A stretch of 63,732 bases of DNA, the filler included, from Octopus bimaculoides (taxonomy: Eukaryota), in assembly GCF_001194135.2 (NCBI RefSeq). It is 5 parts of 5 records of this genome, joined end to end, with 100 filler letters (N's around TTAATTAATTAA, not from the genome) between each part and the next. Parts side by side here need not be neighbours in the genome. Positions count along the whole stretch, not along the records: positions 1 to 10,660 come from NC_068987.1; positions 10,761 to 34,526 come from NC_069006.1; 3 more parts are not named here. The stretch is one strand, 5' to 3'. The notes under the pieces are model-generated. The model saw only the letters and a program-made list of their open reading frames with translations. It did not search any database and was not told the DNA's origin. The position numbers were made by a program, and so were the translations under genes. This document shows, one piece after another, positions 1-12,629 of this stretch; position 1 is the stretch's first letter, and each line of letters opens with the position of its first letter.

Positions 1-520
1 AATGCAGCCGGAACACCGCGACCAGAACAAGCACAAAAATAAAAGTTCAACTTTCTCTTTTTTTCAGGCGAGGATACGCCCCACAAAAAACAACTTTTGC
101 TTGCGAACACAAGCAACAAAAAAACAAAATGCCGAGAGTAGGCGAAATTGCCCCAGAGCTGGACAGAATTTACTGAAAAAATAGACAAACAATAAATTAT
201 GCCCAGCTCAAACGAACAAGGTCACCTACCTCGACAGTTTTCTTCTTTCCTTCAAAAGACAGAGCCCACAGACTCATGTCTTCCCTGGTCTCTTGCAAGA
301 AGCCAACTAAAGACGTGCACACGGAAAGCAAGCTTCTTACCACACAATCATCCCTGCGCCTATAATGCAATTAATTATGGCAGCCCGTGTATTATTTCTA
401 GTTTAAAATTTCAATTCTTACAATGTTGTAAGAAGCACTTTTTTATGTTGTTGTTTAGCCCCCAGTCAGTCTTAGTCAAGCAGATCTATGCCCAAGATTA
501 TATCAGGCGCCATCGCTCTG

Positions 521-581
521 GTCGCTTTATTCAATGAGATGTTGCCTTAAGATCGCTTTATTCAATGAGTTGTTGCCTTAA
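521..581. repeat. 31-bp tandem duplication (2 copies)
   Basis: gtcgctttattcaatgagatgttgccttaag followed directly by atcgctttattcaatgagttgttgccttaag. Confidence 0.85.
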
Positions 582-1233
582 GCAAAACGAGTGACTATAT
601 GGAGGATTTTTTGTTGGCTCCAATGAAATACAGAAATAAGTACGAGTTCATTAATGCACAGACGCACTCCACGCCATTCTTAGTCTCTTCTCTATCTATC
701 AATCTCTTTCTCACACACACACGTACACACACATACACACAACGTATACCCAAGCTCCACAATCTCTGACTCTTTCGCTTTTTTTCTTTCTTTCAAGATT
801 ATGTTGCATTGATGCATTATCTAAAAGCACTAATGGCATAAATCAGTCCTTCTCAGACATTTTTCAATTCCCACCGCTTTACTTTCACTAACACCTTTTT
901 ACAGTCTTTTCTTTTATTAACACTTTTTTTCTACGATTCAACTTCTATATTTTTAATGTATATACGCGTAATATCAGACCAGAGTAATTTAGTTCGGGGT
1001 ATTAGTTTTATGTGCGTGGTTACTTACCATAGTACCACCCTACAGTCAGCGAACATTTGAGGTATACTTCATATACCCGTTAAATAAGAACCACTTCTGT
1101 TATGCTTGTGCTTCTCAAAGTGAGCCGTAACGACCTAGGGAGACTGTATATAATTTTATATGAGAACTGGAGACGAAGGGTGTTGTGTGGGGCGATTAAT
1201 GTATCCATCTAACTTTTTTAGTCTTTGTTTTTT

Positions 1234-1428
1234 GAGCTGGCAGAATCGTTAGCACGCCGGGCAAAATGCTTAGCGGCATTTCGTCCGTTTTCACGTGCTG
1301 AATTCAAATTCCGCTGAGGTTGACTTTGCCTTTCATCCTTTCGGGATCGACCAGTTTAGTACTGGAGTCGATGTAATTGACTTACTCCTCCCCGAAAATG
1401 CTGGCTCTGTGCCAATATTGAAATCAAT
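1234..1428 (+). mobile_element. tRNA-derived SINE, family A (MetaSINE-like central domain)
   Basis: gagctggcagaatcgttagcacgccgggc...ttgactttgcctttcatcctttcggga; recurs about 10 times in the window. Confidence 0.8.
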
Positions 1429-2118
1429 ATTAAAAACTTTCGATGTAATATTATGATAAAGTGCTCGCTAGCTACAATCACAACGACGACAAAAGCAACG
1501 ACAGGAATCATAAATCCGAATATAAGTATAAATTTCTACTGGTAGCTAGTGAGGATGGGTTTCTAAACTGGGAATCGCAGCAGAATTGTCTATTGTCCGA
1601 AACTTGGCAAAAACCTAGCTACAACGTTACCATCTTACCGGAGACCAGATCAGAATGCTTGCAACAGAGTGCAATAAGCTAAAGGCTCACAGAAAAGGCC
1701 TGGTGTTAAGCTGGTGTTAAACTGAGTGATCGATGGACTCAACAATGCAGCCTTCAACCAGTAAACAATGGAATATGGGTTTCAGACTCTCAAGTTGCAG
1801 GTAGCGAGTAACAAGATTATTCATAGCAACTGGTCTTTGGTTTGTATCATTGTAGTTGCTGGTCTATAATCCCAATACTTATCACCTGTTTTATTCAGGA
1901 ATGAAACACTGAAGAACATATTATCCAATGTAGAGTTTGTTGATTTAGCTGATATTTCTAGCAGCTTGTGTGACATCTTGGTGCTGTTTTGTATCATGGA
2001 GATACTACTTTTATTTCATTTCGATTCATTTTATTTTAACACGCGCGCGCACGCAGATAATCACAACAAAAATTACTCACAAACACAATAACACATACAC
2101 ATGTATCTATGTATGAAT

Positions 2119-2119
<1 letters not shown>

Positions 2120-2157
<38 letters not shown>

Positions 2158-2175
2158 CGTGCGTGCGTGTGCTGT
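2120..2175. repeat. (TG)n microsatellite
   Basis: Direct reading. Confidence 0.95.
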
Positions 2176-2484
2176 GTGTTCACGACTGTTCATATATGAC
2201 AAAGAAGTTACTAAACGTGTGCTGGTGTCGAAATATTCAAGGTGGAAGCTGTAAATTCAATTAGTGCTTGAATCCTCTTCAGTTGACACTGTTAGCAACT
2301 GACGTCACAACAGAGCAATGACGTCACAGCACCATAACAACGACGTGTCTCTATTTAGAATTCCGTTTTTATTTAATAACGTCTGCTTATATCACTTATA
2401 TTAAAGTTCCTGGATAGATCAAGTGTAAAAAAATTTTCAGTTTTCTTTGTTTCATAATAAAATGTGTATATTATATACCTGCGT

Positions 2485-2489
2485 GTGTG

Positions 2490-2521
<32 letters not shown>

Positions 2522-2550
2522 TGTATGTATGTATGCATGCATGCATGCAT
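2485..2550. repeat. (TATG)n/(CATG)n microsatellite
   Basis: Direct reading. Confidence 0.95.
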
Positions 2551-2935
2551 GCATATTTGCAAGTATAGACGCATATGCATATATATTTATACTTATATAT
2601 ATTATGTATGTTTGTATGTATATACGTCATATATCCATATATAAACTTTTGCATATACAAGTATACATATGGAGATGAACTTGAAACTGATTATTACAAG
2701 TAATTAAATAAATAAGATACATAAATATACATACATATGAATGCACACACATGTACTATACATATGCACACACACACACACACACATATATACGTTTATG
2801 AATTTGTGTTGCCAGATTCCTGATGTGAAGTTGTGTTGTATTTCGGAACGGTCATTTTCCTTTGCTAAATAAACACACGCACTATATATTCGTTCTTCAC
2901 TCGTTTATTGCTGTTCTTATTTTAACTCATGTCCA

Positions 2936-2982
2936 TTGTTCGGAAATATTTCGTCACACATCTGTGACCTTTTCAGTGACAC
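2936..2982 (-). ncRNA. Degenerate minimal hammerhead-like motif (core CUGAAAA)
   Basis: Minus strand: gtgtca CTGAAAA g gtcac agatgt gtgac GAAA tatttc; G8 changed to A, cleavage-site geometry unclear. Confidence 0.35.
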
Positions 2983-3305
2983 GTTCCGTCCTAGTGTGTG
3001 TGCTCCTACTCCACTTAGTCCATTTTGTTCTATGATGTGTATCCTGATATGCGCATGCGTGCGCGCGCGCGTATGCGTAGGCATGCCTATGTGTTTCGCA
3101 TGTGTGCTTATGTGTATATATGGGCTTATGCCCTTTATATTGTTGTCATCGTCATCGTCTTTGTTCTTAATAGCTCTATGAACTAGAACAAAGAGCTACT
3201 AAGAACAAAGACGATAACGATGACAACAACATAAAGGGCATAAGCCCGTATATGCAGATAAGCACACATGCGAAACACGTAGACATGTGTAAGCACATGC
3301 ACACA

Positions 3306-3390
<85 letters not shown>

Positions 3391-3496
3391 CAAACACACA
3401 CACATAGAAATACAGATGCAAACGCATGCGCACGTGAAGATACACATCATAGAAGAACAGAATGGACTAAGCTGAGTAGGAGCACGACGACGGTAA

Positions 3497-3543
3497 GTGT
3501 CTCTGAAGAGGTCACAGATGCGTGACGAAAGATTTCCTGACAA
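3497..3543 (+). ncRNA. Minimal hammerhead-like motif
   Basis: gtgtct CTGAAGA g gtcac agatgc gtgac GAAA gatttc ctgaca: both core boxes, perfect 5-bp helix II; helix I and cleavage triplet imperfect. Confidence 0.5.
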
Positions 3544-3744
3544 TGGACATGAGTGAAAATAAGAAAAGTAATAAACGGATGAAGAACGAATATATAGTGC
3601 GAGTGTTCATTTGGCAAAAAAAATGACCGTTCTGAAATACAACAATGTGTGTGTGTGTGTGCGCGCGCGCCTGTATATATACTAGGGTAAGTCATTATAC
3701 TCACTCTTGTTTCTGTAATTTATTATAACAAAAGCAGGTGTTGA

Positions 3745-4245
3745 ACAATTACATCATTTTTCAGCATCGTCTCCTTGCTTTTCGATGCAATTATTCCAGC
3801 GGTCCACAAGCTCGCTTATTCCATCAGAAAAGAAAGTTTTCTTCTGGTCGCACAGCCATTTATGCGCCGCTTCCGACACTTCTTCAACTGTAGCAAATCA
3901 ACGACCTCGTAAGGTATGTCTGAGCGATCCACAGATGTGATAGCCGGAAGGGACGAGATCTGAACTGGATGTAGGTGTTCCTGCAACTTGAAACCATATT
4001 TTCCGATGGTTTCAACGGTTTGGGCGACCGTATGTGGGTGTCCATGATCGTGAAACAATAACACTTGCTCTGACGTTAGACCGCAGCGTTTCGTGCGATT
4101 TGCTGGTTTCAGTTTGTTCCAGTATTTCACTGTAGCCTACACTGGTAACTTTTCCATGTTCAAGTATAGGCTCTTTTGCGTCTCCCAAAACGGTCGGCAT
4201 CATTTCCTGCGGAACGGTTAGTCTTGAATTTCTTTTTCGTTGGTT
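3745..4245 (-). pseudogene. Decayed mariner (DD34D) transposase, catalytic and C-terminal part
   Basis: Frameshifted peptides LKPANRTKRCGLTSEQVLLFHDHGHPHTVAQTVETI and ...RWNNCIEKQGDDAEK match the mariner HDNARPH-to-end region. Confidence 0.85.
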
Positions 4246-4329
4246 GTTGCTGATGTTTCTGCTCCGTAAGGTTTTCTCTTTTTTTAATTAATTGACATAG
4301 GTCATTCAAATTGTACATGTTGGTAAAGT

Positions 4330-4490
4330 ACATGTTCCTCTATGCAAAGGTACAATTCAACATAGTCTCCATCACAAGCGATGCATTTGCACCATCTTTG
4401 ATCCTAACTCTTGAACGATGTTTGGAAAACATTCGCATAAGCACCGTTGTACCCACATCTTCACAACCACTTTCATTTCGTGACACCCTT
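4330..4490 (-). pseudogene. 3' end of a second mariner transposase
   Basis: Minus-strand frame DQRWCKCIACDGDYVELY is the typical mariner C-terminus. Confidence 0.7.
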
Positions 4491-4494
4491 GCAC

Positions 4495-4573
4495 AAGTGT
4501 CATCTGCTATAGCCTCGGGCCGACGAAAGCCTTGTGATTGGATTTGGCGGACAGAAACTAAAAGAAGCCCGTC

Positions 4574-4577
<4 letters not shown>
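4495..4577 (+). mobile_element. SINE family B fragment
   Basis: gtgtcatctgctatagcctcgggccgacgaaagccttgtga...gaaactaaaagaagcccgtcgtatata. Confidence 0.75.
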
Positions 4578-4617
<40 letters not shown>

Positions 4618-4970
4618 NNNNNNNNNNNNNNNNNNNNNNNNNNNNNNNNNNNNNNNNNNNNNNNNNNNNNNNNNNNNNNNNNNNNNNNNNNNNNNNNNNN
4701 NNNNNNNNNNNNNNNNNNNNNNNNNNNNNNNNNNNNNNNNNNNNNNNNNNNNNNNNNNNNNNNNNNNNNNNNNNNNNNNNNNNNNNNNNNNNNNNNNNNN
4801 NNNNNNNNNNNNNNNNNNNNNNNNNNNNNNNNNNNNNNNNNNNNNNNNNNNNNNNNNNNNNNNNNNNNNNNNNNNNNNNNNNNNNNNNNNNNNNNNNNNN
4901 NNNNNNNNNNNNNNNNNNNNNNNNNNNNNNNNNNNNNNNNNNNNNNNNNNNNNNNNNNNNNNNNNNNNNN

Positions 4971-5036
<66 letters not shown>

Positions 5037-5417
5037 TATATATTATATTATATATTATATTGTATTATATTACAGATCCACAAGATCTTAATCAGTTTCG
5101 CACCGGAGATGAGGTAATCCGACGATATCTGGTAACTGTGCTAATCACAGATTGCAGTTATAGACTGAATGGCCATGTTCCCGCTATTTCTCATGACTAC
5201 AGTTATTAGATAATCGCCCGATTGTCTCATATCCAGTGTGAAACCGATTGGTAAGACTGCGTGTATTGTAACCATAATGCAGTATATTTTGATTAATATA
5301 CTCACTCTTTTGACTAATATACGAGTACCTATTTTTGCTGAATTACGGATTCTTACATGGCTATATGGCTATACATACATACATACATACATACATACAT
5401 ACATACATACATACATG

Positions 5418-5472
<55 letters not shown>

Positions 5473-5784
5473 AGCTCTTTATCTCTCTTTCTTGGCATTA
5501 TATGTGTGCGTGTGCATGTGTGTGATTGCAGTACATACACATGTGTGTGTGTGTGTGTGTGAATTTAACAATCCACTATCATCTCTTAAGTTTGAAGTCG
5601 TTTATATAATAGAAATTGCCTCTTCACAACTAACATTTCCTTTGAGAACGGCAAAAGGAAATAACTACACCCTCTACAAAATAAGAAAAGAACACAAACA
5701 ACATTTCGCTACTATCGTCATGGTAAACACGAAAAGAAGGAGGATAGGAAGAAAGAAACGATTCTTTTTCATGGAAAGTCATGT

Positions 5785-5787
5785 TTC

Positions 5788-5837
<50 letters not shown>

Positions 5838-5852
5838 GTCATCATCTTCATC
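5785..5852. repeat. (CAT)n microsatellite
   Basis: Direct reading; source of the poly-His and poly-Met ORFs. Confidence 0.95.
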
Positions 5853-7334
5853 ATATATATATACATACATGCATACATACATACATACATACATACATAC
5901 ATACACACACACATACAGTGTCACTGATACACATGAGATCAAACGAAATAAACCATGGTGAAAGTGACACTCCTCTATTGAAACTTAATCTTGAAACCAT
6001 TCTACAACAAAAACCACGATTAGCAGACATCCATATAGAATATAACGACACCAGCAATTGTGGTAAATATACGACAAATGCTTTTATATTAATGGAAAAG
6101 TGACTATCTCGATAGGTATAAACATGTCGTCATTAAGATATTACTTTGTTGTCTACAAGTGATGTCCTCAACCATGAACTGCGTCGTATTAATAGATATT
6201 GCAATATACTTACACATCTGCATACACACACACGCACACACACACACACGCACACGCACACACATACACACATACACACACATTTGCACACACGTGTGCC
6301 CATTTGCTAATACACTAAGAGGCAGAGAGACATTGGCAGAAACTATCACAGTATGTTTCATATATGTATGTATATGAGAAAGTATGGCTGTTGATTACAC
6401 GTGGTTGAATATACAAGGTAAGAAATAAGATGAAAAAACACAGAAGATATGTTTTACGAGACTAAAGTATATATTTAAATCGTCATGGCAAAGGTATTAT
6501 ATAATATAATACAAAATAAGATTTTTTTTCCTCGAATAAAATGACCGGTTTCGCTGAAGCTTTTCAAATGTAAAGTGTTAGATGCAATTCGAAATGAGAA
6601 ATCTTGTTTGTAAGGGTGGTGGGGATAACCAAGGTATTTTTCAGTAAAAGGGAAATAAATCTGCAATTTTCAGTATGGGCTTATATTCAGTTCTGGCTTA
6701 TATTTTTCGATAAATGAGGCCTCTTTATTTAGTCGCACTTGTTTTGAGGTCCAAATAGTACATTGATATAATGGGAAGATTAAGAATTTTAGTTGCAGTT
6801 GTTCTGCACATTTGTCAATGTGCTCACTGAGTTGAATCTGGCGATATTGTGGGGGAAGAGAACTGTTGTCTGTGAACTGTACATCTACGTCTAAGGGACA
6901 TTACTATGGAACCTATATAGTTTTTATAACAGCCTGTACATCTTATGACATAAATGAAGTTTTCAGAGGCGCATGTGAAATTGGATTTAATTTTCAATTT
7001 TTTCCCTTGTTTAAAATGGAATTCTTATCCGTCCAAAAAATTGGGACATGTTCCACAGTTAGGTCGATTACATTTTTTTACTCACAGCCCCAGAAACAAC
7101 GAGGCATTTAACATCATTGTCCAAAATCTTCCAAAACTCCATAAGACTCCAAACTGAAGGAAATTCTGTGTACGCATAAGATCATTAAGAGCAATAAACA
7201 ACCAAAGACATTAAAGAAGATCCTCACAATTGCTAAATTATTATCAAGAATAACGGACGCAAGAGTAAAAAGATGTGGTCGACTTAAGATGAATATATAT
7301 ATATATGTTTGTATGTATATATTTATGTATGTGT

Positions 7335-7560
7335 GTCTTTGTGTTTGTGTTTGCTCGCCCACTATCTCTTGACAACCAATGTTGGTGTGTTTACGTCCCC
7401 GTAACCTAGTGGTTCAGCAAAAGATACCGATAGAATGAGTACTAGGCTTAGAAAGAAAAGTCCTGGGGCGGATTTCTTCAACTAAAACCCTTTATGGTGG
7501 TGCTCCAGCATGACCGCAGTTAAATGAGTGAAACAAGTAACAGAATAAAAGAATAAAACA
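7335..7560 (+). mobile_element. SINE family B 3' part
   Basis: tgacaaccaatgttggtgtgtttacgtccccgtaacc...ggtggtgctccagcatgaccgcagttaaatgagtgaaacaag. Confidence 0.75.
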
Positions 7561-7568
7561 ATACATAC

Positions 7569-7602
<34 letters not shown>

Positions 7603-7603
7603 T

Positions 7604-7985
7604 CTAGTCAAGTATCGCACTATGCGATGCTGTGGTCATCACGATGTGTTGCCACCTTCTCCTGTCCTCTACTCCATGGACAGCTGAGAATAAAGACAAT
7701 CCTGTGGCAGCGATGTCTTTCAGCCAAGAAGTGGGTGGTCTGCCTCTTTTACGTCTGCCGTTCACCTTGCCACTTATGATCGTTCGCTCAAGTCCATCCC
7801 GGCGCATGACGTGGTCAAAGAACCGTAGCTTCCGCTTCATGTTTCGCCGAAGCGTCATCTCGCAACCGAGCTTTTCTAGTACCCAGTTGTTCGTCCTTCT
7901 ATCCGTCCACGACACTCTAAGGATTCTGCGGTAACACCACATTTCAAAAGCGTTCACTCTCTTCTCGTCTGCCTTCAACATTGTC
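7604..7985 (-). pseudogene. RTE-clade LINE, 3'-terminal fragment of the RT ORF
   Basis: KRVNAFEMWCYRRILRVSW...RKLRFFDHVMRRDGLERTIISGKVNGRRKRGRPPTSW is the RTE C-terminal domain. Confidence 0.9.
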
Positions 7986-8044
7986 CACGACTTATATTGG
8001 CTATCTCCGGTTTCAATTCTTTGATTTTTTGGATCAAATTAGCT

Positions 8045-8888
8045 AACTAACGATAGTACACATCAGAATTAATGGTCTGGTTTTGTGGGAGAAGCCCATA
8101 ATAAATAATGCCTTAATGATCCCACCAAACAGAAAGCATAACTTTTTTTGGCATAGATATTCGTCTTTGGCTGCTGTTTGGGGGGATCCTTACACCAACT
8201 CCAGGATCTTTTTCGCACTACGCCTTCGTACACAATTCATGTTTCATCTCCAGTCACAAGTTGTTTCAAAAAAGGCAGACTTTTTTTCCGTTTCAAAAGC
8301 ATATCGCAAATGGAATACCAGTCCAAACAATTCTTTTCTGAGAGTTTGTGAGGGACCCATACCTTATGGCAAGAAATGTATCCTAGCTTCACTAGGTGTT
8401 CATGAGCCGTACTTTTAGGAACATCCAGCTGCTCTGTTAATTCTCTAGTTGTGATATTTGAGTTTTCTTTGATTTTTGCCTTCAGGATATCTTCATTCAA
8501 TTTTGAGGGCCTTCCACTGCGACTGTCATCCTCCAAGCTAAACTCTCCAGCTTTAAATTTTGCAAACCACCATCGAACAGTTGATTTACATACAGCATCA
8601 TCATCATGAACTTCACAAATGTTTTTGCAAGTCTTTGCAGCATTTTCTACTTTAAAAAAAAAAAGAAAAGCATTACAACGCGAATATGGAATTTTTGATT
8701 ATCCATTTTAAATGTCAATAAAGGGTAACCGGAATGAATGATAAATCTATTTTTAGTCAGGCAAAAGAAGACATATACTACCACTTCAAGCAACGCCAAA
8801 GTCTTAGCTGTGTTACGTTTCAGGTGTGTTTAACGAAGCATTAAAAGATTTAGCTTAAAAATGCTCAGAACATTCCAGACAACCTTAC
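8045..8888 (-). mobile_element. Decayed mariner element (5' two-thirds of the transposase plus putative TIR)
   Basis: EDDSRSGRPSKL...KVWVPHKLSEKN...LKQLVTGDET then KKVMLSVWWDH; TIR-like ta|aggttgtctggaatgttc at the right end. Confidence 0.85.
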
Positions 8889-9009
8889 ACATATATATAT
8901 ATATATCTAGAAATATAAAAAAATCTCGAACACCCGAGAAAAGCTGTGGAAACAACTTAGAGAATCGGTTAGAGTAACCTTATAGACGAAAGATAAGTGG
9001 ATTACTGTT

Positions 9010-9300
9010 GCAATTCTGGAAGGATAGGCTGAGTGCTCTATTTTTCACTTTTCTTATGATATGATCCTCCTCAAACGAAATCACCAGTTTGTTGGATAGT
9101 TTTGTAAGATTTGAATACGAAGTATTTGTCTCCGGTAGGCTTTATCAAAGCCAGGAGACCCCCACCGTGTCTTCTGATGAAATTGGTGTTTTACTGCGTC
9201 AGGAATTTGAAGTATAGATTCTCTTTAGGTATAACAATATTTTTCGTAGAGATGTCAAGGTTTTCACGGGTCATAGTAAATACATGATTTGTAAGTGTAC
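9010..9300 (-). pseudogene. Penelope-like element (PLE) ORF N-terminal remnant
   Basis: Frameshifted NLDISTKNIVIPKENLYFKFLTQ*NTNFIRR...FVFKSYK...ISFEEDHIIRKVKNR resembles the PLE leader (S.KNIPIP...FIRRMRW...GFKS...FEEDL), recognised from memory. Confidence 0.55.
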
Positions 9301-9622
9301 TCGACGTAAGGGAGTGATGTGATTATACAGAAGTGGCAGCTTCAAAGAAACATTAGAATAGAAAAATACTTCAATGAAGAAATATGAGTTTCTCTTTTAC
9401 TTAATTCTCTATTTAAACAATTAAGACACGCTACTTAATTCGGTCCATGCCAAAGCCTCGGGCGAAACAGTATGCATTTTGTCGGACTCACTGTTATTGA
9501 TTAAATGTCTTGACTCTCAGACTTGAGATCTTTATTTTCTATTCTAAATAGTCACACAATGTTCGACTGTGACCTTCATGGATACTAAGAAAGTATATAT
9601 ATTTGTACGTACATATACGTAC

Positions 9623-9671
<49 letters not shown>

Positions 9672-10247
9672 CACATAAAAGAATGTATATATATACATAT
9701 GTTTACAATATGTATGGATTTATATTTTTAAGTACATGTGCATGCATACATATAGTTTTGCGCACACACACACAAACATGTATGTATGTATGTATGTATG
9801 TATGTATGTATGTATGTATGTATGTATGTATACACAATGCAGTCAGTTGCTAAGCATGGTAACCATTACGTCATTGATATTCTGAAGAATATGCTGTTAG
9901 CACAACGCTCTTCGAAATTAAAGAACTATGTTCAAAGGGAAATATCTAAATATCTTTAGAGCGGTGCCGATGGTGTGACGGAAAGAGAGAAAGAGGTGGA
10001 AATTGGTATGTTGTAAGAGAGAGAGAGAGAGAGAGAGAGATGACAAGTCAGAAGGATAAGTATAAAGAGAGGGAAAGTAAGTGAAGGGGAGAGATAGAGA
10101 GTGAGGAGAGAGATACGCAGAATAAGAGATAGTAATATTTCAAAAGAAACGAGAAAGAAGTGTAAAGAGAAAGAGAAAAAAGTTCAGTATATTAATTTGC
10201 CCAAATCTATACATTTCCCAATATAGTTTCAGTAATTATATTTCAGC

Positions 10248-10251
10248 AATT

Positions 10252-10331
<80 letters not shown>

Positions 10332-10440
10332 TGATGATGATGATGATGATGATAATGATAACAGCAGCACATGACCAACAACAACAGCAACAACAATAAT
10401 AATTATAATTATGATTATTATTATCATTATTATTATTAGA
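10248..10440. repeat. Compound (AAC)n-(AAT)n-(GAT)n microsatellite
   Basis: Direct reading. Confidence 0.95.
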
Positions 10441-10762
10441 AAATTATTATTTTATTATCAGTCTTATTATTGTTGTTGTTGTTTCCGTTGTTATTTTAAA
10501 AAGTTTATCTTAAAAACAATAACCACATCACGGATTTATTAACACGAATCTGAGAGCGCGGCATGATATTACACGAGAACTACAAATACGCTAACAAACA
10601 TGCACACACACCTCTCACATACACAATACTCACTCATATACATAACACATACGCACGCACNNNNNNNNNNNNNNNNNNNNNNNNNNNNNNNNNNNNNNNN
10701 NNNNTTAATTAATTAANNNNNNNNNNNNNNNNNNNNNNNNNNNNNNNNNNNNNNNNNNNNGA

Positions 10763-10807
<45 letters not shown>

Positions 10808-10819
10808 CGTTTGTGTGTA

Positions 10820-10866
<47 letters not shown>

Positions 10867-10899
10867 GTACACACACGTTTGTGTATATACATATATATC

Positions 10900-11090
10900 A
10901 TCATCATCATCATCATCGTTTAACGTCCGCCTTCCATGCTACCATGGGTTGGACGATTTGACCGAGGACTGGTGAAACCGGATGGCAACACCAGGCTCCA
11001 ATCTAATTTGGCAGAGTTTCTACAGCTGGATGCCCTTCCTAACGCCAACCACTCAGAGAGTGTAGTGGGTGCTTTTACATGTCACCCGCA
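10900..11090 (+). mobile_element. SINE/LINE-tail family C with a (CAT)n end
   Basis: catcatcgtttaacgtccgccttccatgct...gtttctacagctggatgcccttcctaacgccaaccactc; recurs at least 6 times. Confidence 0.8.
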
Positions 11091-11337
11091 TATATATATG
11101 TATAAACACAAACAAGTACGTGTGTGTATGTATATATATATATATGTTTGTATGAATGCATGTATATATATGTTTATGCACATGTTTATATATACGTTTA
11201 TATTTGTGCATGCATATATGTATGTGTATGTATATATATATATATATATATATGGGAGAATGTACGAAAAAACAACAACAGACGAGGACAGGTGGTGTAA
11301 ATAACAAAAGGATGTATTAGTATGACGCTTGGGAATA

Positions 11338-11381
<44 letters not shown>

Positions 11382-11830
11382 ATGTACATCTATGTATGTA
11401 TATATGTATGTGTACTGAATTGATATATATGTCCATAAGACACTTTCTCCGTCTCTCCATTTCCTCTCCGTCTCACACGTTCTCCAAGATTTCAAAACTT
11501 GGAACATCAATCATCGGTTGGCTGTGATGATGTCTCGATAGACTTCACCACTGTGACTCGGATTGTCGTGATCGTCGGATAGCCGTGTGCGTGTATTGAT
11601 TAGTGTTCGTTGCTTTGGTAATTGTTTGTTGGTGGTGAGTTGTACTTATAAAACAGCCACAGTAGTAGTAACACCAGTATCGTCGTCGTTATCATCAATC
11701 GTCGTCGTCATTGTCATCAGCAGCAGTAGCAGCAATGGTAATCAACCAGTGATGACAACGAGGACAGTGAAAGCTATTAAGATGTGTAGATAAAACTGTG
11801 ATACAACAACTTGATAAATGCTACCTGACA

Positions 11831-11877
<47 letters not shown>

Positions 11878-11880
<3 letters not shown>

Positions 11881-12092
11881 CCTTTCTACTGATGGCACAA
11901 GGCCTGAAAATTGTGGGGAGAAGACCAGTCGATCAGACTGACCCCAGTGTTTCACTGGTGCTTAATTTATTGACCCCGAAAGGATGAAAGGCAAAGTTGA
12001 CCTCAGCAGAATTTGAACTCAGAACGTAGCGATGGGCTAAATACTGCTAAGCTTTTCATCCAGCATGCTAACGATTCTGCCAGCTCACCAAT
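11878..12092 (-). mobile_element. SINE family A
   Basis: Reverse complement of the 1234 element; flanked by (TAA)n. Confidence 0.8.
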
Positions 12093-12115
12093 AATAATAA
12101 CAATAATAATTTTAA

Positions 12116-12300
12116 TTTTTGCCACAAGGCCAGCCTGGAGGAGGTGGGGATGAGTTGATTACATTGACCCCCAGTGCGTAACTGGTACTTATTTCATCAA
12201 CCCGAAAGGATGAAAGGCTAAGTCGACCGTAGCAACAGGTGAAATACTGCTAAGCATTTCACCTGGCATGCTAACGACTCTGCCAGCTCGCCGCCTTATT
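12116..12300 (-). mobile_element. SINE family A (internally deleted)
   Basis: gaccccagtgcgtaactggtactt...gccagctcgccgcc. Confidence 0.75.
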
Positions 12301-12382
12301 AATGATAATTATAATAATAACAAAGAGAACATATCAACAACAATGATATTAACAACAACAATAATAATAGTAGTAATAGTTT

Positions 12383-12585
12383 CAAATTTTGCCACAAGTG
12401 CAGGAATTTTGGGAGAGGGGTTGTGTCGATTACATATAACCCAGTGTTTAACTGGTTTTTAATTCATCGACCCTAAAAGGGTGAAAGGTAAAGTCGACCT
12501 TGGCGGAATTTGAACTCAGAATGGAGTGATGGGTAAAATACTGCTAAGCCTTTCGCCCGGCGTGCTAACGATTCTACCAGCTCTC
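12383..12585 (-). mobile_element. SINE family A
   Basis: aaagtcgaccttggcggaatttgaactcag...ttcgcccggcgtgctaacgattct. Confidence 0.8.
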
Positions 12586-12594
12586 ACTACCTGA

Positions 12595-12629
<35 letters not shown>

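Larger units (their letters stand above)
2834..3644. mobile_element. Foldback (head-to-head inverted duplication) of a short Penelope-LTR-like repeat carrying HHR-like motifs
   Basis: Arm 2834-3177 is the reverse complement of 3192-3644 (right arm has an expanded (CA)n); 14-nt spacer; related sequence at 62780-62990. Confidence 0.8.

Noticed and set aside
215-330. Minus-strand peptide SLVGFLQETREDMSLWALSFEGKKKTVE with a GAG|GTAGGT donor
   Set aside because: Unrecognised, no clear acceptor, abuts a SINE fragment; not supportable.
1021-1140. Minus-strand exon ending at a perfect ATG|GTAAGT donor
   Set aside because: Stops in all frames from plausible acceptors; partly resembles a hAT-MITE end.
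5073-5112. 38-nt AG...GT micro-exon candidate (DPQDLNQFRTGDE)
   Set aside because: Too short and unrecognisable; such signals occur by chance in 64 kb.
4311-5117. Long ORFs (up to 381 aa) here and at 16247, 22233, 25217, 35818, 44021, 56134 and 57796
   Set aside because: They are made of N gaps and dinucleotide or tetranucleotide repeats (YIYI, HTHT, CVCV).
6540-6580. Minus-strand ttgaaaag-cttcagc-GAAACCGGTC hammerhead-like relic
   Set aside because: The PLE-like GAAACCGGUC box is present, but the first core box has multiple changes and helix I is absent.
9880-9925. CTGAAGA...cttc GAAA motif
   Set aside because: No helix II closing pair or valid UH site, so likely chance.
10705-10716. TTAATTAATTAA embedded in N runs (also 34571-34582, 49798-49809, 54566-54577)
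   Set aside because: An identical 12-mer between Ns with stops in all six frames is an assembly or scaffolding linker, not biology.
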